Below, in pieces: positions 1 to 17,397 of a stretch of DNA of 64,000 bases. The stretch's first letter is position 1. Every line of letters starts with the position of its first letter. Position numbers and translations under genes: made by a program. The notes beneath the pieces are model-generated. The model had not been told where the DNA came from, ran no database searches, and was given only the letters and a program-made list of their open reading frames with translations. This DNA comes from Salpingoeca rosetta (Eukaryota; Protista; Choanoflagellata), in NCBI GenBank assembly GCA_033442325.1, contig JAWQFM010000010.1:292930-356929 (forward strand), given 5' to 3'.

Positions 1-2079
<2,079 letters not shown>

Positions 2080-2283
2080 GACGGGTAATGAGAACCGAGG
2101 CAGAGGCAAACACAAACACAAACACAACGCAGACGGGATCGAGGCAAACAGAGGAGGCACGCCACGCAAAAGGGAAATGTCAGCCACCAGACGACTGGGT
2201 GGCTTGCGAGGCGTGGGTGGAATGCTACTATTTATCATGTCGTAAAGTGATGCCTTGACACTCATCACAATTTTAAAACGCGT

Positions 2284-5200
2284 TTAGTTTGGTGAACATG
2301 GCGCCTCCTGCTGTGGCTGCGGTTGTGGTGACTGTCGTGGTTGCGGTTGTGGTTCTGCTACTGCTGTTGCTAGTGCACCTTCCTGTGCATCTGTTCTCTG
2401 CTGCTCGTGCACAGGTCCTGCCTGGCTTGCTTCTGCTTGCTGCTCGCCAGTAAACGATTCCTTGAGGGCGCGCAGATACGCGCGCAGGGCCTCCGTGTCG
2501 AGGCTGGCCTCGTTGGCAACTTGAAGCACGCGCGATGCCAGCTTAAACACGGCGCGATCTGTAGCATGTGCGCTGAACACGCGGTCGCGGTTGGCCTGCG
2601 TGTATTGAGCGAGAACAAGCACAGTGCAGTCCAGCAACTCATACATCAGTTTATCATCTCTCGGAGGACAAAGGACAGGAGTGTGGAGGGCAGCGACCGC
2701 ACCAAGAAATGTAAAGCAGCACAAAACACACAAGGAGCAGGATGTGACAAACGGAACGTGAGACGTCACACCTCTGCTGCACTCAATGAGAGGTGGCTGC
2801 CTCGGCACACACACACACACTCACTTACTCACTCACTCACTCACTCACTCACTCACTCACTCACTCACTCACTCACTCACTCACTCACTCACTCACTCAC
2901 TCACTCACTCACTCATTCACTCACTCACTCACACACCCATACCCACTCTATCGCTCGCTCGTTCGCTCGCTCAATCAATCAAACATTCAGCCTTGCTTGC
3001 CTGTGCGGTGGATGTAAGACGCTGCTTGATCTGTTTTGCTGTATCCACGACTTCAGAAGGGAGAAACGATTGCTCTGCGAGCTTCAGCCCTGCAAGCGCA
3101 TGTATTTCGGGACATAGAGAGACTCAATCGCGAAGAGAAGAGCAAGGCGCGACCGCTGTGGTTGCGACTTGAACAAGGCGTTGCTGGCACCGTGGCACCG
3201 GCACAGGTCCAGGCGTGTACACGGCATGAACAAAAACACGCGAGCAGGCACATCCTTGTCTGCCCACTCCCCCAAAACGTCGTACCGTAGCCTGTCTGTG
3301 GCGTCTTCCCTGGACGCAGTTGATGCGTGTATGTGAATCCTCGACCATGCTCAACTGACTGCACGTCCATGTGACGACTGATGCGAACAGCACAAGAAGG
3401 CAATGTCAGCGTGGTGATCATGAGCGCAAGCGAGCATGGAGGTTGCGTTTGAATCGATAGTTAAAGGAGTTTGTCCAAGTCCGGCTATGGAGCAGGCACA
3501 GAGACAGGCAGGGAGACAGGCAGGGAGACAGGCAGGGAGACAGGCAGGGAGACAGGCAGAATCTACAGTCTCGCATGTGCAGGCACACACACACACACAC
3601 AAAACACACACACACACACAATAGCACAAACGTACTAACACAGCACTCACACACACAGCACTCACACACACAATAACACAAACACAATAACACAAGCACA
3701 ATAATACAAAACACACATAGCTTACTTCTCAACGCTGGGATAAATGTCAAGACGGCACAGCTCCGAGAAGTGTGTGGCAAAGAACGTAAACGCCTGAAGC
3801 TGGATCATGTACTCACATGCGGCAAAACACAATCCAAGCCCTTCTTCCGGGCTTGTCCCTGGACAAACGAGCAATCAACACCAAAGTGCAATGGGTGGTC
3901 CAGTGACACACTGACGTGATGTGGAGGTGGGGCTGTGATTCTTGATTGCCCAGTTGTCCAACCTTTCCCTTGACACGATATGCAACTGCTCCCGCAAGCA
4001 AGTTGAAACCTCCAACGTACGACATACCTCTGCCCAGTTCATCAATGATGATCAAGCTTTGCTCCGTGGCGTTCTGTTGGTGCATTTGGTGCGCAAAGCA
4101 AGCAAACACAATAATTTATATGGCCCGCCAAACGTGTACTTGCACACCAGAACACATGAGCGGCACACCAGTTCCTTCTCTGCACAAATCGCACACACAC
4201 ACACACACACAATCACACACACAATCACACACACAATCACACACACAAGCACTCAATCACACACACAATCACACACACAAGCACTCAATCACACACACAA
4301 TCACACACACGTTGCTCTCGTACCCGCAGGATAAAGTTGAGTTCTTGGCACTCCACCATGAATGTGCTGGAGTTTGTCTCGAAGCTGTCCTCATTACCAA
4401 TCCGCGTGAAGATCTGATCACACACACGAAAGCAAGCAAACTCTGCGGGCACAAAGCTGCCCAGCTGTGCCAACACCTGCAGCAGAGCCACTTGGCGAAG
4501 GTACACCGACTTTCCGCTCTACTCATCCAAGAGCACACGACACACAACAAATGCAATTGTGGGCAAGCTCTGTCAACGTCGAGCGAACGTAAACACGCAC
4601 ACACACACACATGTGGTGCAGTTCACAGAATCATATTTGTGTTTAACAGCAGCAAGTCACAACAGACTCGCAACACTCTGACCATGTTGGGCCCCGTGAT
4701 GACGATGAAGCTTGTTTCCTTGCTGGCAAACTAGTGTCAGCCCCCATGGTTACAACAGTGGACCATTAAACATGCATGAGATTCAATCAGTGAGTGAGAA
4801 GAGGATACATTAAAGCAAACCAGCATGACTCACAGTCGCTACCGTTCTTCTTCTCGATTGCATCACCACGCTTATTTCTCAAAGTTAGTTATGCATTGCA
4901 AGTTCGCACACCGTGTCGTTTGGAACGAGCTCTTGCCTCCGGTTCAGGGACATGAGAATCGGGTGACAGCCGCCCTTGACCGCGAGCGTGTCTGAAAACT
5001 CTGGGCGAACGTATCGTGTGGGCACAAACGACGCAAATGTCGCGAGCGACTGCAAAAAGTCTGTCATCGCAATCTGCCCAAATGACACGCAAAACCACAG
5101 CCGTAGGATGCCGCGCGATGAGAAAGCGTGGCAAACCAGCAACCAGAGACCTTGGTGCAATTGCGTGTATGATCAACAGATGAACCCTCAGGGATTCACG

Positions 5201-6795
5201 AGTTGCTTTCTCACGACCAGCAGATTTCAACAGAGCGCAGTGCGGTGGTCTAATGTGAACTCACGATTTCTGTCAGTCTGTACAAACTGCCAAGGTGCGC
5301 CCGAATCTCCGCAAACAGGTCTGCACAAATCCTGCAGCAGATGAAAGCGATGTTTGTGGCAAGTGAGAATGACGAAGAGAAGATGTGGCAAGCAATCGAG
5401 CAGTTCAAGCACTCAACACTGGGTGAAGTTATATTATGGCACTCCATCCAATCAGCAAACGTTTCGCAGGCAGCGGTACAAGCTGTTGAACTGCATACGA
5501 ACGTGTTTGCCAGGGTGAAAATCTCCAACATGCTCTCCCGGATGCGTGTGTTCATCTGTTGTAATTCTTGCGTCACCAAACCCGTTCGCTGCCGAGACCT
5601 TGGACAACCAATGCAATGCACGTCGGCAGGACTTAGACACAAGCCAAGGCAAAGAGCAACCACGGGCACATGGTGTACAGACACACGCACACTCACACAC
5701 ACACACACACACAGCCAAACTTGTTTGCGGCGTATCAACTAAGCACCTTTTTGAGTTTCACATGACGTACTTTGAGACCTGCTTGAATGCTGCGGGCAGC
5801 TGCGCCTTGCTCTGTGTGATGAAGAAGAATCCTCGCTGGGCCGTGTATTCCAGAGCCAAATCAACCTCGTAGCGTTCCGACAGCTGCTGGCACAACTCTA
5901 ACACACGAGTGCCAAGGTGGCATGGTTTATGCGCGCGCCCAATTGTGTGAGACAGGAGGAGGCGATGCCATACGGGCACTTGCTTCAGGAAATGAAACAG
6001 CACGAGAACAGAACACCAACATCGACAACCAACAGCGACAACGCCAACTCGGGATGCAAGCATGAACACGCGTCAACACTACGCCCAAACCGCTCGTTTC
6101 TTGTTCAACTCAACCACACCTGTAATGTCGGCGACTGCCTCTCCGTACGTCCGTCGTGCAACGTCCAGCATGCCTTGGAGCAGTTCAACAAGCGCATGAA
6201 GAAATAATAGGCGTAGTGAGCCGACATCAGCAACAACAAGAGTCTTTCTGCGGTAATTGAGCAAGAGCTTTGTCGACTCGAATGCACATTGGTGAATGCG
6301 TGCGCAGCACGTAAACACATACACTGATAAACACACGCACACACACACACACACACACACACTGATAAACACAAAGACCAGCGCTTGTTTGCCATGTTAC
6401 CGTGAATGCCTTCGCGTATGGCGTAGATATGCTGGGTACGCCGGTTGAGTGCGCCTTGGTCCACACGGGCTTCTTCGTGAAAGACGCGCACAATGGCATC
6501 GTTGATGGCAGCAAAGCTACCGTCCTGCAGCGTGGCTGCGAATGTGCCCAACAAGCTGCTGCTGCTCTTGCTTAGGTGTTGACACAGCTGCGGAACCAGC
6601 TCCATGTTGTGCTTGAGTCTAAGCAAGCTGCCGATCCTCCGCTCCGCCGTCGTTGCATCCTGCGCGTGAGGAATCTGCATCCATCCGCCAGTGTCATGCA
6701 GTCGCCAGCCCGACGGTATGAGGGTGTGGAGGATAAGAACAGGGATCTTGGCGACAGGAGGGCCTCGTATCGAGTTGGAACGCGTCCGATGGAGC

Positions 6796-6861
<66 letters not shown>

Positions 6862-9674
6862 ACGCAAATGGGCTTGAACTGACTGGCACATGTTGCCTGC
6901 CGTCAGGGCACAATGACGCGCTGTACCTGAATGCAGTGGGTGATGAGCGACTCCATATCCTCGAATCGGCTGAGCAGGTCTCCCAGCTGTTCAAAATCAG
7001 CCTGCATTTCGGACACATGCACCAGAACACAAGGCCAGAATGCATTACGCACGCCACCTCTCAACAGTCATCCCCAGTCATGCCCAGTCCTTCCGACCCA
7101 AGAGATGTTCGCTGATACTGAAAGCCGTTGTTGTGGTTGGACACCACACCGCAGGCATCACACATGTACAGGTCCAGCAGGGAGACGTGCAGAAGGTGGA
7201 TGGAGCTGCAAACTCCAGATAACTCGTCTACATTCACGCACTTGATTGTTGAGAAGGAACTCAACGGCTTCTTGGCGCGTTTGGATTGTCATGACATCTG
7301 TGAACAAGCAAGGGTGGGCGATGTGCGCCAAGGTCAGGAAATGTCATGCACATGAAGGTGTTTGCAAGGACACGCATCACCGAAACACGGCAAATAATAA
7401 GGCTACACCTGTGCAAGTGCACATGCATACATGCATGCATGCATTTTGGGTTCAAGTGAGCAACACTCCTGACTCACCTGATGGCGGCTGTAGCAGCTCT
7501 GCACGAAGAAAGCGGCCTGTTGTTCATGGGCATGTGGGGCGGGGTACGGTGGCAACAAACAGGGAAAGGGATCAAGAGCGGTCACTGTGTGGCGAGCAAC
7601 GCGTGTACCCTCCCTCACTCACACGACAAACGGGTGGTTGCGTAAGAAGTTCAGTTTCAAGCAAAGCGCTTCGGACAGGACATGGCCACGTCAAAGTAAG
7701 AAAGACATCAGTGAGATGGGTACCTCCGCTGACAGTCTTGGTGTGATCCAGAACGCCAAACAAGGAGTGTGCTGTGTTGCTTGGGTTGCGAATGCTCTGG
7801 AGCAGCTCCAAATGCTTCACCGTGGTTGCATCTGGTGAGTGTGATTGTCGTGTGTATGTGTTGTACAATGAGAGATGGATGAATGGTTGAGTGGCTGGTA
7901 CATGAGTGGATGGGTAGATAGTGCGTGCGGACATCTACATGAACATTTGTGGAGTAGGAGAGCAGAGCATGCTGAACTCCTTGCACAAAGAAGGGACAGC
8001 AACGCATTCATTGGAGCAGCCAAATACACTGCACACCATAGTGAGCACATACACACACACGTACACACACACACACATGCACGCACACACCCACACACAC
8101 ACACACATACACACGCACACACACACGTACGCACACACACACACATACACACGCACACACACACGTACGCGCGTACACACACACACACACACATACACGC
8201 ACACACCCACACACATACACGCACACACCCACATATGTACACAAAGAGCCTGTTCACCTCACCACAGCACACAGCCTCATGTAACGCACCCATCATTGTA
8301 GCGCACGTGTTGCCGGAGTAGATGATCTTGAGTGAGTTGGGTGCAAAGACCATGTTCTGCACATGGCTAACGTACTTGATCAGGGCGCCAAACGCAGCCA
8401 AAGCGTAGAACCTGGTGGAAGTGGGTGTGGGCGAATGTGGGTAGTCTCATGTGAGAAAGAAAGACACTACGAACTCTCTGACGCATGCATGACGACAAGC
8501 AAATGCATGTGAGTGAATCGCTTGGCCGCTCGTGCACATTCTAAAGCACGCGTGCGCCCTCTTTCTCCCCCTCATTCTCTCTCTCTCTGTCACTGTCTCA
8601 GAGCACTGACTTGTCTTGCACTTCAAATCGAACGCTGCGAAAGTCATCTTGAACGAGTTTGGAAATGGCTGCCAGCCCTGCCCGACACACACCAAATGTT
8701 GAAAGCAACAAAATTATGGCGCCAAGAAGCGAGTAGTCATCAACAGTCCAACGATGCACGCACACACACACACATACATGTGCATACAAACGCACACACA
8801 CACATACATGTGCATACAAACACACACACACACACACATGTGCATACAAACACACATGCGCATTCAAGTACACGTCGCAATGTTCCCGCCACAAGCACAC
8901 ACACGCCTGCTTACTTGCGTACCCTTTTCTTCGGCAAAGAACTTGCGCGGGATGTTGACAATGTCCAAGTCCGGGTGGTGCTCGCGCAAGGCTGTGAAGA
9001 GTTTTGACCCTTTCTCCGCACACATGGTGGAAGGCATGACCACCTCAATTGGAGAAAAGTAGTGGACCTTGGTGAATGTCTTCAGGTACGTCGCACCATC
9101 GCTGAACTGCGACAGCTCGGCCACAGCACCGTTCAAGTCCACGGAAGCGAGTCCAATCTCTCCCCTCGCCTTTCTGCGCAGTGTACAGTGAGCAGTGGGG
9201 ATGCAACGATGAAGCAGGAAGTGGGTTCATGCGGTGCATAAAGGGGGCGAAGAAGTTGTGAAGTGGTGAAGTGGTGAAGTGGTGAAGTGGTGGAGCTCAA
9301 ACACAATAGTGAAACACACACACACACACACAAGCACATAGATACGTGCACACTCACACTCGCACACACAAGTAATCCCAGAACCCATGAGCTGGCGCTC
9401 ACCCGCGGCCTTCAACGACAGCGCAGATGGTAGTGGGGACGGCGGCAGCCGCCGGTGTTGTGTGGCGCACGCTTCTCGGGGTTCGAGCGGGAGGAGCTGT
9501 TCCAGAACGAGCGGAAGTGGATGTGGACATGCCGCGGCGTGCGCGAGAACTCTGCCGCGCACTTCGGCTTCGGCTTTGATTGCGGCTACTGAGGCTTGCG
9601 GGCGTTGCCGTGGTCGCCGACGCAGAGGGCATCGCCCATGCGGCAGCAGTGCTGACTGGTCTCGGCGTTGTCAT
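2284..9674 (-). CDS. MSH4: MutS protein homolog 4 (meiotic crossover MutS-gamma subunit), multi-exon
   Basis: N-terminal [11 protein letters not shown]|[13 protein letters not shown] (9674-9403, 9173-8923). [22 protein letters not shown] near 7830-7720. Walker A IVITGPNM|[44 protein letters not shown]. Walker [12 protein letters not shown] near 4060-4030. The C-terminal [34 protein letters not shown] is characteristic of MSH4. There is no N-terminal mismatch-binding domain. Stop TAA 2284-2286. Confidence 0.93.
2821..2930. repeat. (ACTC)n tetranucleotide repeat, intronic (MSH4)
   Basis: Direct reading of the sequence. Confidence 0.9.
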
Positions 9675-10348
9675 CTGATATCTTCACCCTTTGAGCTGCG
9701 GCGTTTTGGTGCTCAAGAGTGAGGGAGTGTGTGAATGTGCGTGAATGTGCGTGTGAATGTGCGTGCGTGCATGTATGCGTGGGAGTGTGTGTACGTTGAA
9801 TGTGTTTGCTGCTCAGGTGGCTTGCTTGTGTGCGAGCCTCAAGTTCAGCAAACCGTGCATGCAGCACGTCAACAACTGGCTTGTCGTGACACTCAAGGCG
9901 CAAAGCAATTAATGTGACAGTGTAGCACGGGTCTTGTTCACGATGCACGCGTGGGCATGCGGTATCAGCGTGTACTTTTCACATCAACACAACCCACTGC
10001 ACCTCTGCAACGCCAGCAACAACCGCAACAACATGCCGCACAAAAGTCCGTGTTTGTGTGCTTCATGTTTGAGATGCTGCAGTCGATTTTCCCGCCAAAA
10101 CGGAGTTGGTGTGGAAGTCACTCGATAAGCACGCTATTGCTTACTGGGCAAGGGCTGACTTGGCTTGGAATAGTATACACCATCTAGAACTAAGAGCAAA
10201 AGAGAGAGTGCGCAAGCTAAAGCTTGCATTCATCGCGGCAGCCACACTGTCACATCAAAGCAACAAGAATTACCAGCCAACCAACTAAACAGCTCTCCCA
10301 CAAAATGTACACAGATACACACACACATACACACCAACTGTCATTGCG

Positions 10349-12760
10349 TTAGCAGAGCAAGCAGTACTGTGGAGCACGGGACACCATGGTGGGACCATCT
10401 ACACAGAGACACGAGCCCAAGTGATAAAAATCAACAGATTCAAGCTGCTCGCAATCGCGAATGTCAATTATCCCATTGATGGCAGTCACATTTGAAAAGT
10501 CAAGCGTGGTCAGTTGCGAGTTGCCTTGGAGCAGCAGCTTGCCCTCGATGCTAAGCTGTCCCGTGCCAAAGTCCACCGATTGCAACTGGGGACATGCGGT
10601 CAGGTCCACATCCCCATTCACTGTGCTCACACTTGCAAAGTCAACAGACGTGAGGATGCTGTTGTCGTGCAGTTCAAGGCTCTTGGTGCTTCTCAGGTTT
10701 GCAAAGTTGATGCTGGTGAGTGCGTCGTTGTGATGCAGCTTAACCGTGCCCAAGATGCTGGTGAGTGCGCCAAAGTCAATGAGGGTCAGTTGGTGGCAGT
10801 TGTCGACAAACAGCGCGCCCGCGATTGTCGTTACTTGGCTGAAAGCAAGCGTCGGGATGCGAGTCTCGTGGAGGTAGATGGCACCGTTTGCTCGCAGCAA
10901 GTTGGGGAACATGACGGAGCTGAGGTTACCGTTCCGGAACAAATTGAGATTGCCTGCGACAGAGGTCACATGCCCCAAATTAACAGATTGGAGACTGCTT
11001 GAATCGGCAAGGTACAGGGCTTGGGGAATGGCGGTGAGGTCGGCCAGGTCAACGTGCTGAAGCTGCTCATTGTTGTTCAAGTGTATGATGGAGCCAATGT
11101 GTTGGATGCCGCGCAGCACTAGCGCCTGCAAACCAGTGCCTTCCAGCTGAAGTTCCCCGCCAATGTGAGTCAAGGCACCAAAGTCGATGCTGCTGAGGTT
11201 GGAGTTGCGGTTGAGGTTCAACGTGGCGCTGATGCGATTGAGGGCACCAAAGGCAACGGCGGTGAGGTGCGTGTTCTCACTGAGGTCCACAAGCCCGTCA
11301 ATGCTGGTGATGTTCGCGAATGAGAGCGCCTGCAATGGTGTCATAGACAGCCGTACGTCTCCACCAATGTAGGTCATCTGCCCAAAGGCAATCGTGCGGA
11401 GGCGCGCTGCAGTGATGTCGCTCTCTTCCACGGCAATGGCGCCGCCGACGCTGGCCAGACCAGTCAAATTGGCGTGGACCGTGTTCGCAGCAATGCTCAC
11501 GGACGTGGCAATGGACCGAACAAAGCTGAGCTCGCGACAGCAGCAGTTGGTCACATTCACGATGCTGCACAATGGTATCGAGGAACGCAGTGCAAGCAGC
11601 GAGCGGGACGTTTGATCAGCGCAGTTGAGCGCGAAGGTCGGCGAATGTCCGTAGCAGGGGATTCCAGTCAGCTTAGCCTGGGCCTGCTGCAGCAACTTCA
11701 CCACGTAGAGGATGTCCATCCCGTCCACGACCAGCGGTCCAGGCCAAGCACTCGCGTTGTGGCGTGACTGCTGTTGGAGTGAACGAAAGCGAATGTCTCC
11801 AGTGCTGTGAAGGTGCAGGTCACCGTTGTCGTCAATTGTGACTGTGCTCTCACTGGCTATGCTTTCGCTATCGTCAAAGCTGCTGTTGTGGCTCTCAGTT
11901 TCACCCGCACCCCGAAATGGGGAGGGCATCAAGGCGAACCGGGCAATGGTGTCGAGGCTGTCCACGTCGATGTCAGCTGTTGTTGCCAGACCGAGGGCAC
12001 CTGCTTCACGAAACAAGCTGCCTGTGATGCTGGCAAGACTGGCGCTTACCGTGCGGAGAAAGGCCACCACATCAACATCGCCAACGTACAGGGAGCCCGT
12101 GTCTGGTTGCGGCCACAGCCACACATCCCGGCCGGGACTTGGGTTGATGTGCAGGTTGTTGGCGTCATCTGCACAAAGCCCGGGGTGGTACCGAAGCGGT
12201 GTGGTGCTCTCATCGCCTGCCTCTTGGTTGTCGTGGTCAATGCAGGCGGCGTGCACCTGGGCATCCTGTGAAAGGGAGATGGAGGTTGATGGCGCTCCTT
12301 GCCCGTGTGCAAGCACGTCCATCAGTTTGGAGCTGACGGCGGTGTCGAAGGTGGGGTCGTCATCCGCCACGGCACCAAGTGCTGCCACAGCGGCTTTGCT
12401 GACGTTGCGCAGTGCGGCCACAAGATCCAACCCACCCACACAACAAGTGGAGGTGTGTGGTGATGCAGCATTTGGGGCCTTGGCTTGGACAGTCAAGACG
12501 TGAACGCTAGCATTGGCCCCAGCTTGGGCAGTGATGCCGCCTCCTGTGCCTCTGCTTGTCGCCGACTCCGCTGTAATGGTGGGCCCCTCTTGTTTCAGGA
12601 GGGGAGCATGCTCTTGTTGCCCGGCTGCGGTGGTGGGCTGGCTGTCTTGACAGGCTGCACCGGGGATGTATGCTGCCGCCAACACAACACAGAGAGTGCT
12701 GAAGAGAAGGGCGGCAGCGCCGGGTGACAGGCGCGAAGGGCGTGTCGCACCCACCCGCAT
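10349..12760 (-). CDS. Intronless 803-aa secreted protein: signal peptide, three N-terminal internal repeats, ~15 tandem L-domain/LRR-type (Ecm33/Sps2-like) repeats
   Basis: Single long ORF with a hydrophobic N-terminus (AAALLFSTLCVVLAAAYIPGAAC). It carries ~22-23 aa repeats with consensus LxxIdFgxLtxIxGxLxLxxNxx. No C-terminal TM segment or GPI signal is visible. Confidence 0.85.
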   Translation of the reverse strand: MRVGATRPSRLSPGAAALLFSTLCVVLAAAYIPGAACQDSQPTTAAGQQEHAPLLKQEGPTITAESATSRGTGGGITAQAGANASVHVLTVQAKAPNAASPHTSTCCVGGLDLVAALRNVSKAAVAALGAVADDDPTFDTAVSSKLMDVLAHGQGAPSTSISLSQDAQVHAACIDHDNQEAGDESTTPLRYHPGLCADDANNLHINPSPGRDVWLWPQPDTGSLYVGDVDVVAFLRTVSASLASITGSLFREAGALGLATTADIDVDSLDTIARFALMPSPFRGAGETESHNSSFDDSESIASESTVTIDDNGDLHLHSTGDIRFRSLQQQSRHNASAWPGPLVVDGMDILYVVKLLQQAQAKLTGIPCYGHSPTFALNCADQTSRSLLALRSSIPLCSIVNVTNCCCRELSFVRSIATSVSIAANTVHANLTGLASVGGAIAVEESDITAARLRTIAFGQMTYIGGDVRLSMTPLQALSFANITSIDGLVDLSENTHLTAVAFGALNRISATLNLNRNSNLSSIDFGALTHIGGELQLEGTGLQALVLRGIQHIGSIIHLNNNEQLQHVDLADLTAIPQALYLADSSSLQSVNLGHVTSVAGNLNLFRNGNLSSVMFPNLLRANGAIYLHETRIPTLAFSQVTTIAGALFVDNCHQLTLIDFGALTSILGTVKLHHNDALTSINFANLRSTKSLELHDNSILTSVDFASVSTVNGDVDLTACPQLQSVDFGTGQLSIEGKLLLQGNSQLTTLDFSNVTAINGIIDIRDCEQLESVDFYHLGSCLCVDGPTMVSRAPQYCLLC

Positions 12761-13053
12761 CAGCGCGAGTTGAGGTCGAACGAGCTTGCTGACCTGAGGG
12801 CGCTGTCGTTGTTGCTGTTGCTCTTCTCGAGGTGGTCGTTACGTATGTAGTGGTGGTGGTGGTGGTGTGTTGAGTGGTGTGACTTCTTGAAGTCTTCTTG
12901 ACTTGCGATGGGTGAAGGATGCTGATGAACGCCGTTGCGACACGTGGTCGCTGGTGTGTCGGAAATTTATTGGAAATTGTTCCTAATTGGCGACACACAG
13001 ACAAGACACACACACACACACACACACACACCAAGACACACATAGACACATAG

Positions 13054-13144
<91 letters not shown>

Positions 13145-13169
13145 TACACACACACACACACACACACAG

Positions 13170-16031
<2,862 letters not shown>

Positions 16032-16080
16032 CGTCAGACTTCTTGCTTGGCTGTCAACGTGCGCGGCTTTGGCAATGCAC

Positions 16081-16138
16081 CACTGAAGTCAGTCGACAAA
16101 CACTGAAGTCAGTCGAATCTTTCGTCGACTGATTTCAG
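16081..16138. promoter_or_regulatory. Two direct and one inverted copy of CTGAA(G/A)TCAGTCGA in a 175-bp divergent promoter
   Basis: cactgaagtcagtcga occurs at 16081-16096 and 16101-16116, and the inverted tcgactgatttcag at 16125-16138. All three lie between ATGs at 16031 (-) and 16207 (+). Confidence 0.5.
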
Positions 16139-16206
16139 GCTTTGTTGTTTTGTCTTGTGCAGAAGGACAACCAGCACCTGCTCACCCACAAGAAGCAACA
16201 CAGGCG

Positions 16207-17397
16207 ATGGACGACGTTGACGCCGAGGAGGGCAGCGCCACTTCCCAGATGCCCCAGCCTCGTTCTGAAGCGTGTGCGTCGGACCCGGAGACACCACCAC
16301 CGGTGGTGTCGTGTGGGGAGCATGCAAGTAAAGAAGGCGTTGATCAGCAAAATCGGAGTGAAGCAGGAGACGAAGCAAGAAGGGCAAGAGATGATGAAGC
16401 GGGAGGAACAAGAGACGACCAACACCAACGCCAACAAGGGCAAGGAGACGCCCAGCACCAGCAGCAGCAGCATCAGCATCAGCATCAGCATCAGCAGCAT
16501 CAGCAGCACCAGCAGCACCAGCGGCCCCAACAAAGCACACTGCAACCTGCAAGCGAGCATGCACATGGTGAGGCTGGCAGCAGCGACTTGGAGCAGTTCC
16601 TGATGCGGTTTGGGCTGCAGGCCCGCGATGTCATGGCCACGCACCTATCGCACGCAGATGTGGCGCACCTGGCCATGTGCTCCAAAACAACGCTGCGCTG
16701 GTACAACGAGTTTGTGGCTGCCGTCCACCCAGCATGGCTGTGGAAGGATGTACGGCTGCCAAGCAGCCCGGACGTGCAGGTGTCGCCGTCCGCCTTGGCG
16801 TACTACTTCGCGCACTTTCATCGCAGGAAGCTCGGCACGCAGGTTGTCCTGCACAAGCTGCTGCCGCTGCTGCAATCGCGACAGTTGGAGAGCGCAGAGG
16901 TGCTGTGGAAGGTGTTCTGTGAGCGGCGAAAACACGACGACCACAGTAACCGCTACTACCAGGCCATGACCCACGACCTGGCGAGCATGCTGCCGCGTTC
17001 CCTGGCATCGCAGGAGTGCACGCGCTGGTTCCTGCGCTGCGTGCGGCCCGTGCTCGAGTCGGATGAGGTGTGGCGCCAGCACATGCGCGTCATTGTTCGC
17101 GATGCCCTGCTCTTTGGCGCAGACGTCGTGCTGCGCGAGCTGCACAGCGACGAGCTGGCCAAGGTCGGCAACGTCGACGTGCTGCGATCACAGGTCTTGG
17201 AGGAGCTCAGCGACTGCTGTAAGGACGTGTCCCTCTCCACTGTCAAGCAAACCCACACCTTGTTTGGGTTTGAGCATGACGACTACAAGGGAACCCTGAT
17301 CCCTGCGGCCGTAGCCACGTATCGTGAAGACATCCTCGGCTTTCTCAGTACAGCGTTACATCTCTCACATGACGCCCTCACCGTCGACGTGTCATGA
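16207..17397 (+). CDS. Intronless hypothetical protein with F-box-like motif
   Basis: ATG 16207 (MDDVDAEEG..), then a Q/H-rich tract, then ARDVMATHLSHADVAHLAMCSKTTLRWY..WLWKDVRL, which fits the F-box pattern (..L..L...D...la.vsK.....). GC3-rich codon usage. Stop TGA 17395-17397. Confidence 0.6.
   Translation: MDDVDAEEGSATSQMPQPRSEACASDPETPPPVVSCGEHASKEGVDQQNRSEAGDEARRARDDEAGGTRDDQHQRQQGQGDAQHQQQQHQHQHQHQQHQQHQQHQRPQQSTLQPASEHAHGEAGSSDLEQFLMRFGLQARDVMATHLSHADVAHLAMCSKTTLRWYNEFVAAVHPAWLWKDVRLPSSPDVQVSPSALAYYFAHFHRRKLGTQVVLHKLLPLLQSRQLESAEVLWKVFCERRKHDDHSNRYYQAMTHDLASMLPRSLASQECTRWFLRCVRPVLESDEVWRQHMRVIVRDALLFGADVVLRELHSDELAKVGNVDVLRSQVLEELSDCCKDVSLSTVKQTHTLFGFEHDDYKGTLIPAAVATYREDILGFLSTALHLSHDALTVDVS

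Noticed and set aside
3499-3559. (GGGAGACAGGCA)n 12-mer array; also (GTGGTGAA)n at ~9257-9290
   Set aside because: Short intronic minisatellites with no unique spacers; they are not telomeric repeats.
16081-16116. Direct repeats considered as a mini-CRISPR
   Set aside because: There are only two 16-bp copies with a 4-bp spacer, the context is eukaryotic, and no cas genes are present.
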